From: Pseudomonadota bacterium
GTDB taxonomy: Bacteria; Bdellovibrionota_B; Oligoflexia; Silvanigrellales; Silvanigrellaceae
NCBI GenBank assembly: GCA_039799905.1
Contig: JBDLRP010000047.1
Location: forward strand, 1 to 12,912
DNA length: 12,912 nucleotides
Direction of reading: 5' to 3'
Part shown: one piece after another, positions 6,866 to 12,912 of the stretch
How positions within the stretch are numbered: the stretch's first letter is position 1
Layout: every line of letters begins with the position of its first letter
Position numbers and translations under genes: made by a program
Notes under the pieces: model-generated
What the model was told of the DNA's origin: nothing
What the model saw: only the letters and a program-made list of their open reading frames with translations
Database searches by the model: none

Positions 6866-8673
6866 CTCTCCGCTCACGCCTGAGTCTGTTGGCAGTCGCA
6901 GCGCTGGGTCTCGGCAGTGTCGGCCGTGCCCAAGACAATCTCAACGAACTCAATGGCGCAAATTCCATCGAAAACAGCAAGTCTCCCGCCAACGGGAACG
7001 CCGGAAATGTTTTGGACAGCGAAGAACTCAATTCTTCGGGCGGCAACTCATCCAACTCGAACTCTGCGTCATCCGGCGACGAGCTCAACAGCGGAAATGG
7101 CCTCAATGGCGGCAATAACCTCAACAACGGGAATTTTGCCAACGGAGAAAATTCGCTCAACGGTGAAAATTCACTCAACGGTGGAAACGGTGGAAACGGG
7201 GGCAACGGAGGGAATGGAGGCAACGGAGGAAACATCAATTCGAACCTCAACTCCGAAGGCAACCTGAACGGAAACACTGCGGGTGGAAACGGCAACGAAG
7301 AGATCAAAAATCCGGCAAACAACGCCGGCAATGCAGGATTCAACGACCCAGGGCTGGGCAACAGCCCAACCAACCCTGCCAATTCCGGACAAAATATTCC
7401 GCCACCGCCGAATACAGCAACCGGTCCCGGAGCTGATGACACTCCGCCGCCACCGCAGAATACGGCGGTTGACCCCAACGCAGTTCCGGCTGATGCAGCC
7501 GCTGATACTGCGCCCGAAGAGCCGCCTGCCGTCGAAGCCCCGCGCAAACCGACACGTGAAGAACTCAGACAGGCGCGCTTGGAGTTGATCCGCAAGATGG
7601 CCGAATCCATTCCGGCGTTGCGCCCCGGCGAAGCCCCTCTGGAATATACGGTGCAACCAGGAGACACCCTCTGGGACATATCGGACCAGCTTTTAGATGA
7701 TGCCATGTGGTGGCCGCGTTTGTGGGTGCTCAACCCCGACGTCACCGACCCCGACAAAATCGAACCAGGACTCCGCTTGGTATTCTATCCGAGCACAGCT
7801 GCGAACGCGCCAGAATTGTTGGTGCAAGATGCTGTCGATCCGTTCGGACCGCCCAAGGTCGATCCGGTCACGCTGCAAACCTTTAAAATGGATATCAAAC
7901 GCTGGTCTGGCCCGACCGGAGAGATCATCGACGCTTCAACACTTCCTCCAGACCAAGACGTCCTTGTGGTCGGCGAACCGATGGCCAATGCTGGTTTTCT
8001 TTTCCGCCTGCCGGGCTTCTTTTCATACTCAGACGTTGGCGAGGTCGGAGAAATTGTATCAAACGCGAATTCACCACTTTTGGCGGGCCAAGGGCAAAAT
8101 CTAATTGCCCGCTTTGACGACCGCACGCCCAACCCTGGAGAACGATTTTTAGTTCTGCGCGAGGTTCCCTCCCTCTCGGGTCTCGCGTCCGTCCGTCCGG
8201 ATGGGGTCTTGTATTCACACACCGGAACAGTCGGCGTGGTGCGCACAGCGGCCAGTGGATATGCAGTGATGGTAGCCGAAGATGGCGGCTCGCACATTTC
8301 GCCGAGCGATATTCTCGTGCCCGCTAATAAAAATCTTTATGTTCCTGTCGACTTATTTTCGGCCGGCCGGCCGAATTCAGCGCCTGCCTTTGTTGTTGCT
8401 ACTGAATCCGGTGCCCATCAGTCGGCGGGCCCGGGTATCGCGGTCTATTTGCAAGGTCCGGATGGCCGGAACCCATTCAGTGTCGGAGACGACGTCGAAC
8501 TTTTCATGCCGATGGGAAGCCACACGGGATTCGGTAGCGAGATTGCCAGTCGCGAAAAAGTCGCGGTTGCACGAATTGTGGATGCGACACCTGAATCGGC
8601 AGTGGGAGTGATTGTCAAAGCGAGCCGGGAAGTCACAGTTGGCGCCAGCACACTTCCAGATATGTTTGACTGA
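6862..8673 (+). CDS. Secreted LysM peptidoglycan-binding protein, TsaP-like
   Basis: Signal peptide ending GRA-Q; Asn/Gly-rich then Pro-rich N-terminus; LysM at about 7645-7790 (YTVQPGDTLWDISDQLLDDAMWWPRLWVLNPDVTDPDKIEPG, the W-P-x-L-W-x-x-N subtype); beta-rich C-terminal region. ATGA overlap with the upstream gene. Confidence 0.85.
   Translation: MTLRSRLSLLAVAALGLGSVGRAQDNLNELNGANSIENSKSPANGNAGNVLDSEELNSSGGNSSNSNSASSGDELNSGNGLNGGNNLNNGNFANGENSLNGENSLNGGNGGNGGNGGNGGNGGNINSNLNSEGNLNGNTAGGNGNEEIKNPANNAGNAGFNDPGLGNSPTNPANSGQNIPPPPNTATGPGADDTPPPPQNTAVDPNAVPADAAADTAPEEPPAVEAPRKPTREELRQARLELIRKMAESIPALRPGEAPLEYTVQPGDTLWDISDQLLDDAMWWPRLWVLNPDVTDPDKIEPGLRLVFYPSTAANAPELLVQDAVDPFGPPKVDPVTLQTFKMDIKRWSGPTGEIIDASTLPPDQDVLVVGEPMANAGFLFRLPGFFSYSDVGEVGEIVSNANSPLLAGQGQNLIARFDDRTPNPGERFLVLREVPSLSGLASVRPDGVLYSHTGTVGVVRTAASGYAVMVAEDGGSHISPSDILVPANKNLYVPVDLFSAGRPNSAPAFVVATESGAHQSAGPGIAVYLQGPDGRNPFSVGDDVELFMPMGSHTGFGSEIASREKVAVARIVDATPESAVGVIVKASREVTVGASTLPDMFD
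7141..7233 (+). repeat. Degenerate in-frame tandem repeats: 2 x 18 nt (NGENSL) followed by 6 x 9 nt (NGG)
   Basis: aacggagaaaattcgctc / aacggtgaaaattcactc, then aacggtgga, aacggtgga, aacgggggc, aacggaggg, aatggaggc, aacggagga. Confidence 0.9.
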
Positions 8674-8746
8674 CTCTTGAGCGTGACAAACTGAAAATAT
8701 TGGCTGACCGGTTAACGTTAGCAAGCAATTTCACATAGAAAATTCC

Positions 8747-8775
8747 TTGCAGACCCTACCCCCCCATGCTACGAC
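8747..8775 (+). promoter_or_regulatory. Putative sigma70-type promoter firing into the intergenic region
   Basis: TTGCAG (8747-8752), 17-nt spacer, extended TG (8767-8768) and TACGAC (8770-8775), with an AT-rich stretch upstream. The -7 T is missing, so the call is tentative. Confidence 0.3.
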
Positions 8776-8791
8776 CGGCCCAGGAATATCC

Positions 8792-8816
8792 AAAAGCAAA
8801 GGACTTCCCCGAAGTC
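8792..8816 (-). terminator. Possible intrinsic terminator, - strand
   Basis: On the - strand, a GACTTC-GGG-GAAGTC hairpin followed by CTTTGCTTTT. Confidence 0.35.
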
Positions 8817-8935
8817 GGCATCGTTCGGATGCGGTCTTCGCCTTCCTTAAGCTACGACCTTCCTTTTGAACTCCAGCCTAAAAAAGTATCCTCACAATTA
8901 AATTCCAATCACTTTCCCTCCACCGAGGGACGACC

Positions 8936-8975
8936 GAACCGAAGGGCGCCGAACAGCCCGACGGTTCATTTTTTA
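8936..8975 (+). terminator. Probable intrinsic terminator, + strand
   Basis: GAACCG-aa-GGGC-gccgaaca-GCCC-ga-CGGTTC stem-loop followed by A and T6 (8969-8974). Confidence 0.5.
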
Positions 8976-9013
8976 TATGATTTTCGTGATGAATCGATTT
9001 CGCTGCAATTGAA

Positions 9014-9322
9014 TCAGCCGTTGAGGTTCTCGCCTCGGCGCGTCGGCCGCTCGACACCGCTCTCAACAAAGAGATCTTCTCGCGCATACTTGCGCAGCTT
9101 CTGCACATTTCGGTCGAGACGATCCACGCTGCGCACGACAGTTTCAATCATCTCGAGAAAATTGTCGTGATCAAAATGCGGCTTGAGGTACGAGCGCGAC
9201 TTTGCATCAGCCTCAATTTCCTCGATGAATCCCTTTGTAATGAACAATGCATTGTTCACATCATGAATCCACTCACGCAACCTGTGACTGATTTGTCCGA
9301 CGCATCTCGAATCACCGCTCAT
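9014..9322 (-). CDS. Stand-alone histidine kinase dimerisation/phosphoacceptor (HisKA/DHp) domain protein
   Basis: 102 aa with GAGGT RBS. H-box-like WIHDVNNALFITKGFIEEI and second helix FLEMIETVVRSVDRLDRNVQKLRKYAR match the HisKA two-helix pattern. No ATPase domain. Confidence 0.72.
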   Translation of the reverse strand: MSGDSRCVGQISHRLREWIHDVNNALFITKGFIEEIEADAKSRSYLKPHFDHDNFLEMIETVVRSVDRLDRNVQKLRKYAREDLFVESGVERPTRRGENLNG

Positions 9323-9366
9323 GACAGACCTCGGGTAAAATCTTCACCATTCCATACAGTGAAGAT

Positions 9367-10920
9367 TCACGCCTGATTCGCCCAAAGTCCAATTGCATGT
9401 GTCATCAACCGGACACATTTTGCAGTGGCGCCGGGTTCCTGTGTGAGATCGGTCGGTTTATCGGCCCACATGTAGGTGTCAATGTGGGTCCAGTTGGATT
9501 GTCCGACAAACTTTTTGAGGAACTGGGCCGCCGTGATGGCGCCGCCGTGTCCGGAGGTTGCAGAGTTGGTGCAATCGGCAACATTCGAATCGAGCCACGC
9601 TTCGTAGTCCTCGACAAATGGCAGTGGCCACACCCAATCACCGAGCAGACGGCCGCTGTCGACGAGCAGTTTTTCGATCTCGCTGTCCGTGCAAAAAAGA
9701 GCGTCGACACTCGGTCCCAATGCAGTTCGCGCCGCCCCAGTCAGGGTTGCCAAATCGATCACCCAGTCGGGTTTTTCTGCAACCGCGTAACAAAGTGCAT
9801 CTGCCAGCACCAAACGACCCTCTGCATCCGTGTTGTCGATTTCAACCGTGACGCCGTTTTTGGCTTTATAAACATCTCCGGGGCGCATGCTCCGTCCGGA
9901 GACCATATTTTCAGCAAGCGCAAGGTAACAGCTCATCCGCACAGGTATGCCAAGCCGCGCAACAGCAAGAAAAACTCCCAACGCGGCAGCAGATCCGCCC
10001 ATGTCCTTTTTCATGTTGCGCATGAAACTCGACCCTTTGATGTCGAGTCCGCCTGAATCGAAGGTGATGCCCTTGCCGACGATTGCAACGTGTTTGGCGC
10101 TTCTTCCCTGTACGCGCGGGAAGTACGTCAGTCGCAACAACCGCGGTGGAATATCACTTCCCTGCCCGACGGCGGTGATGAGTCCGCAGCCTTCGGCAAG
10201 AAGCTTTTCTTTGTGAAAAACTTCCACAGCGATCCGGTTGGGATCACCCTCAACATCGCACTCGCGGCGCACGAGTTCGCGGATAAAGACCTCGAACGAC
10301 TCGGGGTTAAGAATATTTGAAGGCATGTTGACAAGACTGCGCGTGAGCAGCATGGCACCCGCGAGTTTCTCGCCGGCAACACGCATCTCCTCACTCATTC
10401 CGTCGCACCACAGCTTGAGCGGCTTGCGTTCGATGGTTTCAAAATGAGTCGATTCTTTTATTTTCAGATTGAGCGAACGTTCGAGCAGCCCGACAACAAA
10501 ATACTTTTGGCTGATTCCCTCGAGCGCCTCAGTGAGTGCTGTAGAGAATGTCACGAACACAGACGGATACTCCGCCAGTGCGGGAGTCGACATCAGCAAG
10601 GCAGTCAACTGCGCCCCCCAGACGGTGGCAGTATGAGCAGAGCCGCTCTGCTGTCCGGCGAGTTTGCGCGCAGGCTCCTTGGGAAGCACGACAAGAAAGC
10701 GCGGCGCATCGGAATCAACGACCGGCATCGCATAGATTTGCTTTGCCTTGGGCTCGCCGTGAATACTGCGGGCGCGCTCGATGAGGGATTGAACGCTTGA
10801 ATCATCCTCCGACTCAAGCACCACCCGCACAAGTGCAGTCGTGGACAGGTCAACCGGCGGCTTGTTGAGCAATATCAATTTGCGTTTCAGAAGATAAGCT
10901 GCAGGAGACGCAACTTTCAT
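9367..10920 (-). CDS. M17 family leucyl aminopeptidase (PepA/PepB-like)
   Basis: 517 aa. Motifs RSLVNMPSN, VGKGITFDSGG, MKKDMGG, ENM, NTDAEGRLVLAD, DLATLTGA and GAITAAQFL; metal ligands appear intact. Confidence 0.95.
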   Translation of the reverse strand: MKVASPAAYLLKRKLILLNKPPVDLSTTALVRVVLESEDDSSVQSLIERARSIHGEPKAKQIYAMPVVDSDAPRFLVVLPKEPARKLAGQQSGSAHTATVWGAQLTALLMSTPALAEYPSVFVTFSTALTEALEGISQKYFVVGLLERSLNLKIKESTHFETIERKPLKLWCDGMSEEMRVAGEKLAGAMLLTRSLVNMPSNILNPESFEVFIRELVRRECDVEGDPNRIAVEVFHKEKLLAEGCGLITAVGQGSDIPPRLLRLTYFPRVQGRSAKHVAIVGKGITFDSGGLDIKGSSFMRNMKKDMGGSAAALGVFLAVARLGIPVRMSCYLALAENMVSGRSMRPGDVYKAKNGVTVEIDNTDAEGRLVLADALCYAVAEKPDWVIDLATLTGAARTALGPSVDALFCTDSEIEKLLVDSGRLLGDWVWPLPFVEDYEAWLDSNVADCTNSATSGHGGAITAAQFLKKFVGQSNWTHIDTYMWADKPTDLTQEPGATAKCVRLMTHAIGLWANQA

Positions 10921-12227
10921 AAAGTGCCCTTTTCTCGGCTGGCAATCAAAGGCGCGACAATCCGCCCCACTTCGCGGTTCTTAGAGAGTTCGGCGTAACG
11001 CTGCAAGGATATCTGCCGCGCGGCGAGGAATTGCGCATAAAAGTTGCTTGAAGCAAAGCGGAACGAAGGAGAATTGTAGCGCTCGATAATCTTGCACAAA
11101 TCATTGCTCGATGTTGAACGCACTGCGCGAAGAACCCCGCCCAACCCATGGTTATAAGCAGTCAGGGCCAATGGCCACGAGCCGGTTGCCGCAAAGTTTT
11201 GTTTGAGTAGTTTTGCGGCAGCGAACGTCGCGGTATTGGGATCGGTGCGTCTGTTCACAGCACTTTTACCCATCAACAACTGCATGGTCTGCGGCATCAG
11301 CTGCCACAGTCCCACAGCACCCACTTTTGATTTTGCATGATTGACGAAACTGCTTTCAACGTGCGGAAGCAAGGCGATCTCGAGCGGCAGATTCTGGTCG
11401 CGGAGAATCGACTTTATTGACGGAAGATACTGCAAGGAGCGCTGCACTCCGGCGTTGAATCTTGATTTGAGTCCCTGTTGCAAACGTAAATTCGCACTGG
11501 CCTGCAACAGCCGGCTGCGGGTCAACTCGGACGGTCGAAAGTGCTTTGCCAATGATCTTTCCGTCGCATCCCAGCTTTTTGGGTTGTCCAACTTTTCAGC
11601 AAGACTTCTCAGCGACTCACGGTAGTGATCGCGCAACATTCGGATGGATGTCTGCCGCTGGCTTTCGCTGCCGCCAAGCCTGACCACCGAGTACACCTTG
11701 TCGAGGTCGTCGCGGTCGTGGATCAACGCCTCATTGACGTCTACCTCTGCATAAACACGTTTCCAAAAGGCAACGTTCTCAGTCAGGCACGCCAGATTGG
11801 GAAACGAATTGAAACTAGGCACAGCAGACGCAGCCGACGGCCTCTGTTTGGCTGCGGACGCTGCCGCGGACGGCTTCTGCGGAGCTGGCGCTGCTGCATT
11901 GGCGGGCTTCATTGGAACCGCCTGAGGTACTGCAACATCGACACGTTTTGGGTTCCACCGCTGTTGAACATTTTGCGGTGGAACCGGACTAGGAAGTGCA
12001 GCCATGGGTTCGGAGCTTTCGGGAACAATTGAATCAGCCTGCTGCTCGGAAACAGAAAGTGATTCATCAAAGAAAACTTCATCGTTTGGAGTCGCAACAC
12101 CCTTCTTCGGCGGAAGATCGATTTTAAAATCGATCGCGAGAGCGTTCGACGCACACACGGACATAAGCATTGTGCCGACAAACGCCGAAATGTTTGCGTG
12201 CCTTTTCAGGCTCACAGCTTTCTTCAT
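10917..12227 (-). CDS. Secreted lytic transglycosylase, SLT domain (MltD-like, no LysM)
   Basis: Signal peptide (ALA-ID); Pro/Ala linker; VAFWKRVY; catalytic LPHVESSF; SKVGAVGLWQLMPQT; WPLALTAYNHG; FASSNFYAQFLAA. Confidence 0.92.
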   Translation of the reverse strand: MKKAVSLKRHANISAFVGTMLMSVCASNALAIDFKIDLPPKKGVATPNDEVFFDESLSVSEQQADSIVPESSEPMAALPSPVPPQNVQQRWNPKRVDVAVPQAVPMKPANAAAPAPQKPSAAASAAKQRPSAASAVPSFNSFPNLACLTENVAFWKRVYAEVDVNEALIHDRDDLDKVYSVVRLGGSESQRQTSIRMLRDHYRESLRSLAEKLDNPKSWDATERSLAKHFRPSELTRSRLLQASANLRLQQGLKSRFNAGVQRSLQYLPSIKSILRDQNLPLEIALLPHVESSFVNHAKSKVGAVGLWQLMPQTMQLLMGKSAVNRRTDPNTATFAAAKLLKQNFAATGSWPLALTAYNHGLGGVLRAVRSTSSNDLCKIIERYNSPSFRFASSNFYAQFLAARQISLQRYAELSKNREVGRIVAPLIASREKGTL

Positions 12228-12346
12228 ATTTGACCCCGCCTCACTTTAACTATCATTCAGACATCGCTATTGTTTCTCAGAGGTGATTGGCTCGGGACGG
12301 AAAGTTTTGCCGGCAGGAATTTTGACGTTCGGCAAACGCAGGGAGC

Positions 12347-12912
12347 ATGCCATTGAAAAAGCTTTTACTGACCACACTAAGACGGCTTGTTTACACAGCG
12401 TCCGTGATTTTTATCTGGTCTACGGCTGTTAAATACTTTCAAATTCCTGACTATATTCTCCCGGCTCCACAGACGGTCGCCACGACTTTCGTGCAGGACC
12501 TGCCGATCCTCGTCGGCCACTTTAAAGAAACATTCAAACAATGGAGCATCGGGTTGGCAGCATCGGTTGTTATCGCCTTGTTGATCAGCCTCGCAGCCTT
12601 TCAAAGCCGGCGACTCGAAACTTACGTCGACCGTTTTTTGGTGGTGAGTCAGGCCGTGCCCTACCTGACCATCGCCCCTTTGCTGCTGTTGTGGCTCGGC
12701 CTCGGTGCCGCCCCCAAAATCGTTCTTATTTTGCTCACTTGTACCTTTCCAATCGCTCAACTCACACTGAGTGGTCTTCACTCGGCACGCGGCGAATATT
12801 CGGTTCTGGCCACAATTCTCCGTATCAATCCACGCCAAGCGTTGATAAAACTTTACACGCCGGCGGCGCTGCCGGATTTCATGGAGGGTGTGAGAATTTC
12901 GGTGACTTATGC
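12347..12912 (+). CDS. ABC transporter permease, NitT/TauT (SsuC/TauC/ThiX-like) family, truncated by the window end
   Basis: Manual translation MPLKKLLLTT...IPDYILPAPQTV...SQAVPYLTIAPLLLLWLGLGAAPKI...FPI...PAALPDFMEGVRISVTY, open to the window edge. In-frame TTG 12353 is an alternative start with better spacing from GGGAG. Confidence 0.88.
   Translation, partial: MPLKKLLLTTLRRLVYTASVIFIWSTAVKYFQIPDYILPAPQTVATTFVQDLPILVGHFKETFKQWSIGLAASVVIALLISLAAFQSRRLETYVDRFLVVSQAVPYLTIAPLLLLWLGLGAAPKIVLILLTCTFPIAQLTLSGLHSARGEYSVLATILRINPRQALIKLYTPAALPDFMEGVRISVTY

Noticed and set aside
7141..7233. CRISPR array or phase-variable repeat
   Set aside because: Units are 9 or 18 nt, in-frame, degenerate and without spacers; this is a coding low-complexity repeat.
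6816..7757. 313-aa antisense ORF with FPPL repeats
   Set aside because: Mirror of the Asn/Gly codon repeats of the LysM gene, which lack antisense stops; no independent protein features.
8766..9170. 134-aa + strand ORF across the intergenic gap, and the 89-aa - strand ORF at 8878-9147
   Set aside because: No RBS (a C-run precedes the + strand ATG), no recognisable motif, crosses a terminator-like hairpin and overlaps the better-supported HisKA gene.
12228..12346. TPP riboswitch upstream of the ThiX-like permease (CGCAGGGAG resembles the TPP 3' end)
   Set aside because: The + strand lacks CTGAGA and the CCTGA...TAAT core; the GGGAG is simply the RBS.
12377..12838. 153-aa - strand ORF, plus other nested or antisense ORFs (e.g. 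443-1024, 2431-3078, 9397-10056)
   Set aside because: Shadow frames of well-supported genes; the real gene at 12377-12838 is the + strand permease.

Overview
Gene-dense bacterial chromosomal window with no integrase, transposase, phage gene, CRISPR array, rRNA or tRNA recognised. On the + strand: 3' end of an aldehyde dehydrogenase gene, argS, an exported transglutaminase-elicitor (Phytophthora GP42-like) protein coupled to a MarC membrane protein, and a farnesyl-diphosphate-synthase-like gene. An SDR lies on the - strand. A TPR/coiled-coil lipoprotein (CpoB/YbgF-like) is coupled to a TsaP-like LysM protein with an Asn/Gly-rich N-terminus (+). A structured 340-nt intergenic region follows. 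On the - strand is a probable operon of an MltD-type lytic transglycosylase, an M17 aminopeptidase and a 102-aa stand-alone HisKA/DHp protein. The window ends in the 5' part of a NitT/TauT-family ABC permease (+). The gene content suggests a Bdellovibrionota/deltaproteobacterial-type organism (inference only). No complete new system can be proven from the sequence. The best leads are the orphan HisKA-only protein, the transglutaminase homolog with a Pep-13-like motif and a Cys-Asn active site, a candidate sRNA at about 8780-8975, and a motif shared by two divergent promoter regions. All family calls come from motif recognition by eye; no searches were run.
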